Below are positions 36,286 to 46,099 of a stretch of DNA of 64,000 bases, piece after piece. Both the position numbers and the translations under genes were made by a program. The stretch covers positions 732 through 64,731 of the forward strand of contig CAKRSS010000001.1 of the NCBI GenBank assembly GCA_934401725.1, written 5' to 3'. A model generated the notes under the pieces. The model was not told where the DNA came from and searched no databases. It saw only the letters and a program-made list of their open reading frames with translations. Numbering within the stretch: the stretch's first letter is position 1; the number at the start of each line of letters is the position of its first letter. The stretch is from an uncultured Eubacteriales bacterium (GTDB lineage Bacteria; Bacillota; Clostridia; Oscillospirales; CAG-272).

Positions 36286-37176
36286 ATGAGTGAAAGCTTT
36301 ATAAAGGCCACGGGTGTCCGCTGTCTCTACAAGGACGAAAACGGGCATGAGGCCGTGGCGCTGGATAATATTAATCTTGAGATACAGCGCGGCGAGTACA
36401 TTGCCATAATCGGGCGCAACGGCTCGGGCAAGTCGACGCTGGCCAAGCTGTTTAACATGATACTCGACCCCGCAGAGGGTAAAATAGAGGTCGACGGCGT
36501 CGACATAACCTCGCCCGACCTCGACGACGCAACCATTCTCGACGTCCGCCGCAAGATAGGCATGGTGTTCCAGAATCCGGACAACCAGCTTGTCGCGACC
36601 ATTGTCGAGGAGGACGTGGCGTTCGGCCCCGAAAACCTCGGCGTGCCGACAGACGAGCTGCGCCGCCGCGTCGACGACGCGCTTGCCACAGTCGGAATGA
36701 CCGAGTACGCGCACCACGAGCCGCATAGGCTGTCTGGCGGCCAGAAGCAGCGGGTCGCCATCGCGGGCGTGCTCGCCATGAAGCCGGACTGCATCATTCT
36801 CGATGAGTCGACGGCCATGCTCGACCCACGCGGACGCTCCGAGGTCATGGACACCGTCGAGCGGCTCAACCGCGAGGAGGGTATAACTGTCATAATGATA
36901 ACGCATTATATGAACGAGGCAGTCCGCGCCGGGCGCGTGATAATGCTCGACAACGGTCACCTCGTCAAGGACGCGACGCCGCGCGAGATATTCTCCGATC
37001 CTGCGCTGCTGCGCCGTTACGGGCTCGATGTTCCGCAGTCCGTGGCGCTGGTGGAGCAGTTGCGCCGTGCGGGCGTCAGAATCGAGGGCGAACCCGTGAC
37101 GCCGGACGAATGTGCCGCCGCCATAGCTGCGGCGCTGCGCCGTAAAGCCGGCAGAGAGGGGCGGAGCGGAAAATGA
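36286..37176 (+). CDS. ecfA1: ECF transporter ATPase EcfA1
   Basis: Translation shows Walker [23 protein letters not shown] and ILDEST. Confidence 0.9.
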   Translation: MSESFIKATGVRCLYKDENGHEAVALDNINLEIQRGEYIAIIGRNGSGKSTLAKLFNMILDPAEGKIEVDGVDITSPDLDDATILDVRRKIGMVFQNPDNQLVATIVEEDVAFGPENLGVPTDELRRRVDDALATVGMTEYAHHEPHRLSGGQKQRVAIAGVLAMKPDCIILDESTAMLDPRGRSEVMDTVERLNREEGITVIMITHYMNEAVRAGRVIMLDNGHLVKDATPREIFSDPALLRRYGLDVPQSVALVEQLRRAGVRIEGEPVTPDECAAAIAAALRRKAGREGRSGK

Positions 37177-38024
37177 CAAAGCTGAGTCTTGAAAACATTT
37201 CGTATGTGTACAGCGCGGGCACGCCGTATGAGAAGCACGCGCTGGAGAATGTGAATATTGAAATTCCGTCCGGCGCGATAACCGGGGTGATCGGGCACAC
37301 GGGCTCGGGCAAGTCGACGCTTATGCAGCTGCTCAACGGTCTCGAGAAGCCGACGTCCGGCCGGGTACTGCTTGACGGCGTCGATATATGGGAGCAGCCC
37401 AAGAAAATTTCCGAGGTTCGCTTCCGCGTGGGGCTGGTTATGCAGTACCCCGAGTATCAGCTGTTCGAGGAGACGGTCGAGAAGGACATAGCCTTCGGCC
37501 CGCGCAACATGAAGCTGAGTGACGACGAGGTCGCGGGGCGCGTCGCCGAGGCGGCGGGCTTTGTGGGGCTCTCGCCGGAGCTGATGAAAAAGTCGCCGTT
37601 TGACCTGTCGGGCGGCGAGAAACGCCGCGCGGCCATCGCCGGAGTCATGGCGATGACGCCCGAGGTGCTGGTTCTCGACGAACCTGCGGCGGGACTTGAC
37701 CCCGTCGGTCGCTCGACCATATTCGACGCGGTCGAGCGCTACCGCGCGAGCACGGGCGCTACGGTGCTTATCGTCAGCCACAGCATGGAGGACATGGCGC
37801 GCATATGCAGCAATATGATAGTGCTGTCCGAGGGGCATGTCATAATGAGCGGAGATACCGAGTCGGTGTTCGGCCGCGCGGAGGAACTTACAGCCTGCGG
37901 GCTTGACATCCCCGAGATCTCAAAGCTCATGCTGAAGCTCCGTGATTCCGGCATCCCGGTGTCGGATATACCTCATTCCGTTGAGGGCGCATTTGAAATT
38001 CTCAGGAAAGAATTCGCATCATGA
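37173..38024 (+). CDS. ecfA2: ECF transporter ATPase EcfA2
   Basis: Translation shows GHTGSGKST, LSGGEKRRAAIAG and VLDEPAAGLDP. Confidence 0.9.
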   Translation: MTKLSLENISYVYSAGTPYEKHALENVNIEIPSGAITGVIGHTGSGKSTLMQLLNGLEKPTSGRVLLDGVDIWEQPKKISEVRFRVGLVMQYPEYQLFEETVEKDIAFGPRNMKLSDDEVAGRVAEAAGFVGLSPELMKKSPFDLSGGEKRRAAIAGVMAMTPEVLVLDEPAAGLDPVGRSTIFDAVERYRASTGATVLIVSHSMEDMARICSNMIVLSEGHVIMSGDTESVFGRAEELTACGLDIPEISKLMLKLRDSGIPVSDIPHSVEGAFEILRKEFAS

Positions 38025-38842
38025 ATAATATAACTCTGGGGCAGTATTATCCCGCGAAGTCGCTGATACACAGTCTCGACGCGCGGGTGAAGGTGGTGCT
38101 TGCCATCCTTTATATTGTGTGCTCCTTCCTTTGCAAAAACGTTGTAAGCTACGCGGTTCTGCTCGCGTCGGCTATCATACTTATAATAATTTCGCGCATA
38201 CCGCTGCGCATGATATTCCGTTCGCTTCGTCCGGTGCTGTTTATACTGCTGTTCACAGTGGTCATCAACGTGCTGTGGACGCGCGGTGAGCGGCTGCTGC
38301 TCGAGTGGTGGATTATAAAAATCTACTACGAGGGCATCATGAACTCGGTGTTCATCGGCGTGCGCATCGTCGTGCTGATAATCGGCTCGAGCGTCTTCAT
38401 GACCTACACCACCACGCCCATAGAGCTCACTGACGCGCTCGAGAGCCTGCTCTCGCCGCTCAAGGTGTTCCATGCGCCGGTGCACGAGTTCGCCATGATG
38501 GTGACTATCGCGCTACGCTTCATCCCGATACTCTCCGAGGAGACGACCAAAATAATGCAGGCGCAGAAGGCGCGCGGTGCTGATTTCACATCCGGCGGCC
38601 TTATCCAGCGAGCCAAGGCGCTTATCCCGGTGCTGATTCCGCTGTTCGTCTCGGCGTTCCGTCGTGCGGACGAGCTGGCGACGGCCATGGAGTGCCGCTG
38701 CTACCACGGCGGCGACGGACGCACGCGGCTGCACGTCCCGCACTGCCGGGGTCGCGACTTTGTGATGATATTTGTTATAGTCGCGCTCGGAGTCGGACTT
38801 GTTGTGCTCAATCGGCTCGGCATAGGATATACTATATCGTAA
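38021..38842 (+). CDS. ecfT: ECF transporter transmembrane component EcfT
   Basis: The product is multi-TM, with ALRFIPIL and AQKARGA motifs. Confidence 0.85.
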   Translation: MNNITLGQYYPAKSLIHSLDARVKVVLAILYIVCSFLCKNVVSYAVLLASAIILIIISRIPLRMIFRSLRPVLFILLFTVVINVLWTRGERLLLEWWIIKIYYEGIMNSVFIGVRIVVLIIGSSVFMTYTTTPIELTDALESLLSPLKVFHAPVHEFAMMVTIALRFIPILSEETTKIMQAQKARGADFTSGGLIQRAKALIPVLIPLFVSAFRRADELATAMECRCYHGGDGRTRLHVPHCRGRDFVMIFVIVALGVGLVVLNRLGIGYTIS

Positions 38843-38854
38843 GGAAATGCTAAA

Positions 38855-39613
38855 ATGAAGCTGTTTTTGAAGATCAGCTACCTCGGAACCGCATACAGCG
38901 GCTACCAGACGCAGAAAAACGGCCTCGGCATCCAGCAGGTGATAGGCGAGGCAACCGCGCGCCTGTTCGGTGTCCGTTGTGACATCTGCGGGTGCAGCCG
39001 CACGGACCGCGGAGTGCACGCCCGTGAGTTCTGCCTTACCGTGTGCGAGCACGGGCGGGATGAGCTCGTCACCACCGTCCCTGACGACGGCATACTCCGC
39101 GCGCTCAATACCTATCTGCCGCCGGATATTGCAGTCACATATGTCGATTGGCGGCCGCAGAACTTTCACGCACGGTACAGCGTGACAGGAAAACAGTATC
39201 TCTATCGCATATATGACTCGCCCGTCCGCTCGCCCTTCGTGGAGGGCAGGGCGCTGCACTACCCCCGCCGCATAGACGACGAAAAGCTCACCGCTATGCA
39301 GCGCGCGGCAGCTTTTATCGTCGGAAAACACGACTTTGCCAGCTTCATGGCGTCCGGATCCGACGTCACGGATTGCGAAAGAACCGTCACGCGCGCCGAG
39401 CTTGTTCGGGATGGTGACATGCTGAACTTTTACATCGCAGCGGACGGATTTCTTTACAACATGGTTCGCATAATAGTCGGGACGCTACTCGAGGTCGCCG
39501 AGGGCAAGCGCGCGCCGGACAGTATTCCGGAGCTCATCGCCTCCCGCGACCGCCGGAACGCCGGCCGTACCGCCCCCGCCTGCGGACTGTATCTCGACAA
39601 GGTCTTTTATTAA
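38855..39613 (+). CDS. truA: tRNA pseudouridine(38-40) synthase TruA
   Basis: Translation shows YLGTAYSGYQTQ...GCSRTDRGVHA...FLYNMVRIIVG. Confidence 0.9.
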   Translation: MKLFLKISYLGTAYSGYQTQKNGLGIQQVIGEATARLFGVRCDICGCSRTDRGVHAREFCLTVCEHGRDELVTTVPDDGILRALNTYLPPDIAVTYVDWRPQNFHARYSVTGKQYLYRIYDSPVRSPFVEGRALHYPRRIDDEKLTAMQRAAAFIVGKHDFASFMASGSDVTDCERTVTRAELVRDGDMLNFYIAADGFLYNMVRIIVGTLLEVAEGKRAPDSIPELIASRDRRNAGRTAPACGLYLDKVFY

Positions 39614-39682
39614 CCTGAACTAACGTTTTTACCAAACTTCATTCCAACCCGCATACTTCTAAATCCATTATTGCCCCCGCTT

Positions 39683-39752
39683 CAAAAGTTTTGCGGGTTC
39701 TCAGGGGGCTTTTCCAAAAGCCCCCTGAGCGGGGGCCGGGGCAGCGCCCCAG
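39683..39752. repeat. partial copy of the multi-hairpin repeat (right-hand module only)
   Basis: CAAAAGTTTTGCGGGTTCTCAGGGGGCTTTTCCAAAAGCCCCCTGAGCGGGGGCCGGGGCAGCGCCCC matches 8862-8931 and the reverse complement of 51191-51293. Confidence 0.8.
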
Positions 39753-39776
39753 AAACTATCAAGGAGGACAAAACCG

Positions 39777-40979
39777 ATGCTTGTTCGCGATCTTAAGAGC
39801 CGGATTGTGTCCTCGTTTGCGCCTCGCGAGGGCGAGGGCTACTATGGCGGCGTCGAAAGACGGTACCGGGCGGCGGGGATAGTCATAGCCGTCGCGCTGG
39901 TTATATTTGTGCTGGCGTCGCTCATATTCGGCTTCAGAGAATTCACGTATCAGAATATATATTACTTTTTCAAAGACTTTGACACCGTCATCTCGGCCGA
40001 CCGCTATCCCGTCGACGCGATAAACTACGGCTCCGGCGAGGGGCGCAGCTATGCCGCGTTCAAGGGTGGGATCGCCGTCGCCGACAGGTACAGCGTGTCT
40101 GTCTGCTCGTCGGGCGGGCGGAGAACGGCTGAGTTCAACGTCGGCTATTACAGCCCGCAGCTGCGCGCCTCGGAAAAGTACCTGCTTATCTATGAGTCGG
40201 GCGGCGCGTTTTCCGTCTGTAACTCGTTCATCCGGCTCTACTCGGAGACGCTTCCCGGCGGGATATACGCAGCTGAAATCAACGCCGCCGGTGAGGTGCT
40301 CGTGCATACGGGCGACAGCCGCTACCGCGCGGTGCTCTACCTTTACGACAGCGGCTTTTCACGCGCTGCGGCGTACTATATCAGCGACTATGTGACCGCC
40401 ACAGCCCTCAGCGCGGACGGTAAATATATACTCGCGGCGACGGTCGACGCCGCGTCCGGCAACTATGTCTCGGCGCTTCGCGTCTATCGCAGAGGTGAGA
40501 CCGAGCCCCGAACCATCCTCACCACCAACGGCGAGATGATAATGAAGTGCGGCGCGTTTTTCGACGGCTTCTACGCGCTTACCGACCGCGGCGTGTACGT
40601 CGTCGGCGCGAACGGAAATGTCCGCTCGCATACGGCGCTTGCCGACGGCCGCGGGTTCGTCTCGTGCGAGGCGAGCGAGAAGTGCCTCGCGGCACTGTCT
40701 CGCGACGGCGACGGGTATCAGCTGGTCTACGTTCCCTCGCAGGGAGAGGGCATGTCGGTGCGGCTCGATGCGGTGCCGCTGGCGCTCGGCGTCTCGGGGC
40801 GGCAGGCGTATGTCCTTTTCGACGGAGCCGTGGCGAGGTATGATTTCGACAGTGGAAACGTCGATTTTGTCGAGTGCACGCCCGGCGCGCTCGACATGGT
40901 GGTCACAGCGTCACGGCGTGTGCTTGTCTGCTACGCGACGCGTGCGGTTTATTCTGAATTTGCGGAGGTGACAAAATGA
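39777..40979 (+). CDS. uncharacterised N-terminally membrane-anchored protein (possibly beta-propeller-like)
   Basis: It has one TM segment (AAGIVIAVALVIFVLASLIFGF), then a ~330-aa Gly/Tyr/Ala-rich domain of repetitive beta-strand character. The ATG follows AGGAGG. Confidence 0.55.
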   Translation: MLVRDLKSRIVSSFAPREGEGYYGGVERRYRAAGIVIAVALVIFVLASLIFGFREFTYQNIYYFFKDFDTVISADRYPVDAINYGSGEGRSYAAFKGGIAVADRYSVSVCSSGGRRTAEFNVGYYSPQLRASEKYLLIYESGGAFSVCNSFIRLYSETLPGGIYAAEINAAGEVLVHTGDSRYRAVLYLYDSGFSRAAAYYISDYVTATALSADGKYILAATVDAASGNYVSALRVYRRGETEPRTILTTNGEMIMKCGAFFDGFYALTDRGVYVVGANGNVRSHTALADGRGFVSCEASEKCLAALSRDGDGYQLVYVPSQGEGMSVRLDAVPLALGVSGRQAYVLFDGAVARYDFDSGNVDFVECTPGALDMVVTASRRVLVCYATRAVYSEFAEVTK

Positions 40980-41680
40980 ATTTTTTGCTTGACGGACTGC
41001 TGCTTGCGATAGTTATCACCACAATCGTGGTATACTACAACCGCGGCTTTATCAAAGCCGTTCTGGGCTTTGGAAAAACGCTGCTGTCGTTTATCTGCGC
41101 GGCGATTTTCGGCCCCGTGCTCGGCGGGGTGCTGGCGTCCCACTTCTTCGACGGTAAGCTGACCGAAACGGTCTACAATACGCTCTATAACCTCTGCGCC
41201 GAGGGCGGCGCGCTCGACATTTCGCGTCTTGCGGAAGGTCTGCCCGAGTCGCTGCGCATGCTGGCAACACAGTGCGGCGCGGACGTTGATTCCATCATCG
41301 CCTCGGGCGCAGGCTCGGCTGACGTTGAGGCTCGCCTCGCGGAGATAGCGCAGGGAATAGCGCTGCCCATCTCGGCCGTAATATCAAAGCTGGTCGGCTA
41401 TGTGCTGGTGTTCATCGCGGCGTATCTCATACTGCTGCTCGTCTCCTTTATACTCGAGGGCGTGGCGGAGCTGCCGGTCATACGCGTGTTCAATCACCTG
41501 CTCGGGCTGCTGCTCGGCTTTGTGTGCGCAATAATTTTTGCTTTCATATTTATATTTGTAGCCCGCGCGGTGCTGTACTTCGTCATTGCTGCGGGAGACC
41601 CCAACCAGGCGGCGGACATCGTCGAGAGTACGGTGCTGTTCAAGTATTTCTGCCGGGTTGGCGGAATAAAAATGTGGTAA
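40976..41680 (+). CDS. CvpA family membrane protein
   Basis: Translation reads MNFLLDGLLLAIVITTIVVYYNRGFIKAVLGFGKTLLSF... It has multiple TM segments. The start overlaps the previous stop. Confidence 0.65.
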   Translation: MNFLLDGLLLAIVITTIVVYYNRGFIKAVLGFGKTLLSFICAAIFGPVLGGVLASHFFDGKLTETVYNTLYNLCAEGGALDISRLAEGLPESLRMLATQCGADVDSIIASGAGSADVEARLAEIAQGIALPISAVISKLVGYVLVFIAAYLILLLVSFILEGVAELPVIRVFNHLLGLLLGFVCAIIFAFIFIFVARAVLYFVIAAGDPNQAADIVESTVLFKYFCRVGGIKMW

Positions 41681-41735
41681 GTCGGACGCCGACGTGCCGC
41701 AGATATTTTTCAGAAGGATAACGGTAAATTAAAAT

Positions 41736-44042
41736 ATGGTAATGTGTTCAAGATGTAAAAAACGGGTCGCGGCTGTGTTCGTGACCAAAATGGAGAACGG
41801 GGAGAAGGTCTCGGAGGGCCTTTGCCTGCGCTGCGCCAAGGAGCTGGGACTGCCTGTCGACAACATGCTCGGCGACATAATGGGTAAGCTGGGCGTCACC
41901 CCGGATCAGCTCGAGAATATGGAGGACGACGTTATGGACCTGCTCAAGGGCGGCGACGTCCTGCCCTCTGACATCGACGACAGTGAAGACGGCGGCGCGC
42001 CCGCGATAGATTTTCCCAAGCTGTTCCGCGAGAGCGGGCTCATCCCCGACAAGGAGAAGAGCGGCGAGGAGACCCGTGGCAATCAAAAGGATTCCGCACC
42101 CAAAAAGAAAAAACGTAAGTTCCTCGACACCTACTGCCGCAACCTCACCGCGCTTGCCGCGGAGGGCAAGCTCGATAAAATTGTCGGGCGCGAGCGGGAG
42201 CTGGAGCGCGTGATACAGATACTCTGCCGCCGCCAGAAGAACAATCCCTGCCTCATCGGCGAGCCGGGCGTCGGCAAAACCGCGATTGCGGAGGCGCTGT
42301 CGACCCGCATAGCCAACCGCGACGTGCCCTATAAGCTGCGCGGTAAGGAGGTCTATCTCGTCGACCTGACGGCGCTGGTCGCAGGCACGCAGTTCCGCGG
42401 GCAGTTCGAGTCGCGCGTGCTGGGACTGCTCGGCGAGGTTCGCGACGCGGGGAACATTATACTGTTCATAGACGAGGTTCATAACATAGTTGGCGCAGGC
42501 GACGCCGAGGGCAGCATGAACGCCGCCAACATGCTCAAGCCCGCGCTCTCGCGCGGCGAGGTGCAGGTCATAGGCGCAACCACGCTGACCGAGTACCGCA
42601 AGTATATCGAAAAGGATACCGCTCTCGAGCGCCGCTTCCAACCGGTGACGGTCAACGAGCCGTCGGTCGCCGACACGGTGAACATGCTGAAGGGCATAAA
42701 GCACTACTATGAGGACTTCCACATGGTGCACATTCCGGACGATATGCTCGAGCGCACCGTGCGCATGTCAGAACGCTATATCACCGACCGCTACCTGCCC
42801 GATAAGGCCATCGACCTGCTCGACGAGGCAGCGTCGGCACTCTCACTCGGCAGCGCGGCACTCAACGAGTCCTACGTCCTGCGCGACAGGATGCTCGAGC
42901 TCAAGACGCAGCGCGAGTCGCTTGAGAATCAGCAGTCCGAGGCGGGCGAGGCCGACGAGCGCAGATTCGAGCAGATAGCCAAAATAAAAGAGGAAGAAAT
43001 CAAGCTTGCCGACTCAATGAAGCAGAACGAGGCGCTGTGCCAGGCGGTTACGCTCGGCGAGGATGACCTCGCCCGCGTCATCGAGGTCTGGACGGGCATC
43101 CCCGCCGCTTCGATAACAGAGAATGAGTACGAGCGCATAGATAAGCTGGCCGCGCGTCTGAAAACGCACATAATCGGCCAGGACGAGGCCGTCGACACGG
43201 TAGCACGCGCGATAAAACGTAACCGTGCGGGCGTGTCGTATAAGCGCAAGCCGGAGTCGTTTATATTCGCGGGCCCGACGGGCGTCGGTAAGACGGAGCT
43301 TGTCAAAACGCTCGCTGCAGACCTTTTCGACTCGCCCGAGACGCTCATCAGGCTCGACATGTCGGAGTTTATGGAAAAACACTCGGTCTCGCGCATTATC
43401 GGGTCGCCTCCCGGCTACGTCGGCTACGACGAGGCGGGTCAGCTGACCGAAAAGATACGCCGCCGTCCCTACTCGGTCATACTGTTTGACGAGATAGAGA
43501 AGGCGCATCCCGACGTGCTCAACATTCTGCTTCAGATACTCGACGACGGGCGCATCACCGACGCGCACGGCAAGACCGTCAACTTCGAGAACACCGTCCT
43601 CGTTATGACGACGAACGCGGGCTCCGACAGCGGCTCGGCGGCCGTCGGCTTCTCCGACGACGCCGCGGCGGCGGGCAAGTCCAAGACGGAGAAGGCGCTC
43701 TCCACCTTCCTGCGCCCCGAGTTCATCAACCGCGTCGACGAGATAATCACCTTCAGTCAGCTAACGGAGGCCGATTTCGAAAAGATCGCCGTCATTATGC
43801 TCGATCAGCTTGCCGAGGCGCTTCGCGAGAAGGGAATAACGCTCACCTACAAGCCCGAGGCGGTGTCAGTCATCGCGCACGAGTCCTACTCGGCAAAATA
43901 CGGCGCGCGCAACATGCGCCGCTATATCCAGACGCACGTTGAGGATAAGCTCGCCGAGCTTATAATCGCGGATTACAGCCACAGCTGCACGCAGGCGCTC
44001 GTCTCGGCAAAGGACGGGCAGATCAGCGTCGCATGTATGTGA
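41736..44042 (+). CDS. clpE: ClpE-like AAA+ Clp ATPase (N-terminal zinc ribbon, two AAA modules)
   Basis: The motif C-X2-C-X22-C-X2-C (CSRCKK...CLRCAKE) is at the N-terminus. Two Walker A sites are present ([16 protein letters not shown]), plus a ClpP-loop-like AVGFSDD. Confidence 0.8.
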   Translation: MVMCSRCKKRVAAVFVTKMENGEKVSEGLCLRCAKELGLPVDNMLGDIMGKLGVTPDQLENMEDDVMDLLKGGDVLPSDIDDSEDGGAPAIDFPKLFRESGLIPDKEKSGEETRGNQKDSAPKKKKRKFLDTYCRNLTALAAEGKLDKIVGRERELERVIQILCRRQKNNPCLIGEPGVGKTAIAEALSTRIANRDVPYKLRGKEVYLVDLTALVAGTQFRGQFESRVLGLLGEVRDAGNIILFIDEVHNIVGAGDAEGSMNAANMLKPALSRGEVQVIGATTLTEYRKYIEKDTALERRFQPVTVNEPSVADTVNMLKGIKHYYEDFHMVHIPDDMLERTVRMSERYITDRYLPDKAIDLLDEAASALSLGSAALNESYVLRDRMLELKTQRESLENQQSEAGEADERRFEQIAKIKEEEIKLADSMKQNEALCQAVTLGEDDLARVIEVWTGIPAASITENEYERIDKLAARLKTHIIGQDEAVDTVARAIKRNRAGVSYKRKPESFIFAGPTGVGKTELVKTLAADLFDSPETLIRLDMSEFMEKHSVSRIIGSPPGYVGYDEAGQLTEKIRRRPYSVILFDEIEKAHPDVLNILLQILDDGRITDAHGKTVNFENTVLVMTTNAGSDSGSAAVGFSDDAAAAGKSKTEKALSTFLRPEFINRVDEIITFSQLTEADFEKIAVIMLDQLAEALREKGITLTYKPEAVSVIAHESYSAKYGARNMRRYIQTHVEDKLAELIIADYSHSCTQALVSAKDGQISVACM

Positions 44043-44096
44043 CGCGCCGCGAGCAGACGTCAATTGTAAATTTTTTGTGAACAATTTATTTTGCTG

Positions 44097-44125
44097 TTGC
44101 GCGGGAGCGCAGACAGTGGTATAAT
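44097..44125 (+). promoter_or_regulatory. candidate rpsB promoter TTGCGC-17-(TGg)TATAAT
   Basis: It has an extended -10 at 44117-44125. Confidence 0.45.
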
Positions 44126-44269
44126 TGACGACGTGTGGTGTTAACTTCATTGATGATGTTAGCGCACACGTAAATACACACACATGGGTCTTAGCGTTGT
44201 CGGTGCCGTGCAAGCGGTCAAGCCGCCCTATCCTATGTGGTGGAAAAAACCGAAGGAGGACATTTCAAA

Positions 44270-45013
44270 ATGTCAGTTATCTCTATCAAGCAGCTGCTTG
44301 AAGCCGGTGTTCATTTCGGACACCACACCAGAAGATGGAACCCCAAGATGGCAGAGTACATCTTCACCGAAAGAAACGGTATCTACATCATCGACCTGCA
44401 GAAGACCGTTAAGAAGTTTGAGGAAGCCTACATGTTCGTCAGAGAACTCTCTGCAAACGGCGGCACTCTGCTGTTCGTCGGTACCAAGAAGCAGGCTGCT
44501 GACGCCATCAAGGAAGAGGCTACCCGCTGCGGTATGTACTACGTCAACGTAAGATGGCCGGGCGGAATGCTCACCAACTTCAAGACCATCCGCCGCTCCA
44601 TCAGCCGTCTCGACAACCTCATTGCAATGCAGTCTGACGGTACTTTCGATCAGCTTCCCAAGAAGGAAGTCACCGCAAAGCAGAAGCAGATCTTCAACCT
44701 TGAGAAGAACTACAGCGGTATCAAGAACATGGAGAAGCTGCCTGATGCCGTGTTTATCGTTGACCCCAAGAAGGAGAGAAACGCCGTTCTTGAGGCTAAG
44801 AAGCTGGGTATCCCGGTTATCGCTATCGTTGATACCAACTGCGATCCTGACGATGCCGATTACATCATCCCCGGTAACGATGACGCTATCCGCGCTATCC
44901 GCCTGATCTCCGCTACTCTTGCTGACGCCGTCATCGAGGGCAAGCAGGGCGAGCAGGTCGCTCCCGAGGCTCCTGCCGCTGAGGCCGAGGCTCCCGCCGC
45001 AGACGCTGAGTAA
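44270..45013 (+). CDS. rpsB: 30S ribosomal protein S2
   Basis: Translation reads [27 protein letters not shown]. The ATG at 44270 follows AAGGAGGA. Confidence 0.97.
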   Translation: MSVISIKQLLEAGVHFGHHTRRWNPKMAEYIFTERNGIYIIDLQKTVKKFEEAYMFVRELSANGGTLLFVGTKKQAADAIKEEATRCGMYYVNVRWPGGMLTNFKTIRRSISRLDNLIAMQSDGTFDQLPKKEVTAKQKQIFNLEKNYSGIKNMEKLPDAVFIVDPKKERNAVLEAKKLGIPVIAIVDTNCDPDDADYIIPGNDDAIRAIRLISATLADAVIEGKQGEQVAPEAPAAEAEAPAADAE

Positions 45014-45044
45014 TTGACAAATATATCGAAAGGAATTTAATACA

Positions 45045-45977
45045 ATGGCTAATATAACCGCAAAGGACGTTTCCGAGCTCCGCGCCAAGACCGGTCTTGG
45101 CATGATGGACTGCAAGAAGGCTCTTGTTGAGGCCGAGGGCGACGTCGAGAAGGCTGTCAAGATTCTTCGCGAGAAGGGCCTTGCTACCGCCGCTAAGAAG
45201 GAAAGCAGAATTGCCGCCGAGGGTGTCGTCGACATCATGACCGAGGGCAATGTTACCGCTATGATCGAGGTCAACTCCGAGACCGACTTCGTCGCTAAGA
45301 ACGCAAACTTCAAGGAGTTCGTCCGCGGACTTCTTTCCACCATCATCGCCGGCAAGCCCGCCGATATGGACGCTTTCATGAAGATGCCATACAACGGCAC
45401 CGGCATGACCGTCGAGGCTGCTCTTGTCGACAAGATCGCCGTTATCGGTGAGAAGATTTCCATCCGCCGCTTTGTTATCGTTGAGGGCGTGGTTTCCACC
45501 TATATCCACGGCATGGGTACCACCGGTGTTATCGTCAAGTTCGACGTTGACGACGCTGTCGCAGCTAACCCCGAGTTTGCTGCTGCTGCTAAGAACATCG
45601 CACTTCAGATCGCCGCAGGCTCTCCTCCCGCTTACGTGACCAAGGAGGACGTTCCCGCTTCCGTTATCGAGGAAGAGAAGGCTATCATCAAGACTCAGAT
45701 GGCCAACGACCCCAAGATGGCAGGCAAGCCCGAGAAGGTTCTCGACGGCATCGTCATGGGCAAGCTGGGCAACTTCTACAAGTCCAACTGCCTCGTTGAG
45801 CAACCCTACGTCAAGGACGACAAGCTGACCGTCGGCCAGTACCTCAAGGCTTCCGCTAAGGAGCTGGGCGGCAAGTTCGACGTTGTCGACTTCAAGATCT
45901 TTGAGAAGGGCGAGGGCATCCAGAAGCGCGAGGACAACTTTGCTGAAGAGATTGCAAAGCTCACCGGCAAGCAGTAA
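45045..45977 (+). CDS. tsf: elongation factor Ts
   Basis: Translation reads ITAKDVSELRAKTGLGMMDCKKALVEAEGDVEKAVKILREKG. Confidence 0.97.
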   Translation: MANITAKDVSELRAKTGLGMMDCKKALVEAEGDVEKAVKILREKGLATAAKKESRIAAEGVVDIMTEGNVTAMIEVNSETDFVAKNANFKEFVRGLLSTIIAGKPADMDAFMKMPYNGTGMTVEAALVDKIAVIGEKISIRRFVIVEGVVSTYIHGMGTTGVIVKFDVDDAVAANPEFAAAAKNIALQIAAGSPPAYVTKEDVPASVIEEEKAIIKTQMANDPKMAGKPEKVLDGIVMGKLGNFYKSNCLVEQPYVKDDKLTVGQYLKASAKELGGKFDVVDFKIFEKGEGIQKREDNFAEEIAKLTGKQ

Positions 45978-46001
45978 TCGGATTTTATTGTCTGAATATA
46001 A

Positions 46002-46033
46002 CCCCGGCAGGACATGCGTCCGGCCGGGGTTTT
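46002..46033 (+). terminator. Rho-independent terminator after tsf
   Basis: The stem CCCCGGCAGGAC-ATGC-GTCCGGCCGGGG is followed by TTTT. Confidence 0.65.
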
Positions 46034-46040
46034 GAAATAC

Positions 46041-46090
46041 ACTGAAAAACGCTGAAAAGCATCGGAAAATACCGAAAAACACCGAAAAAC
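46041..46090. repeat. five tandem 10-bp A-tract units
   Basis: The units are ACTGAAAAAC GCTGAAAAGC ATCGGAAAAT ACCGAAAAAC ACCGAAAAAC. GAAAA starts at 46044, 46054, 46065, 46074 and 46084. Confidence 0.9.
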
Positions 46091-46099
46091 GGAGGAAAT

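Noticed and set aside
41681-41735. CtsR operator in front of the ClpE-like gene.
   Set aside because: Only GGTAAAT and GGTAATG are present, separated by 8 nt. CtsR sites are GGTCAAA-type heptad direct repeats with a 3-nt spacer.
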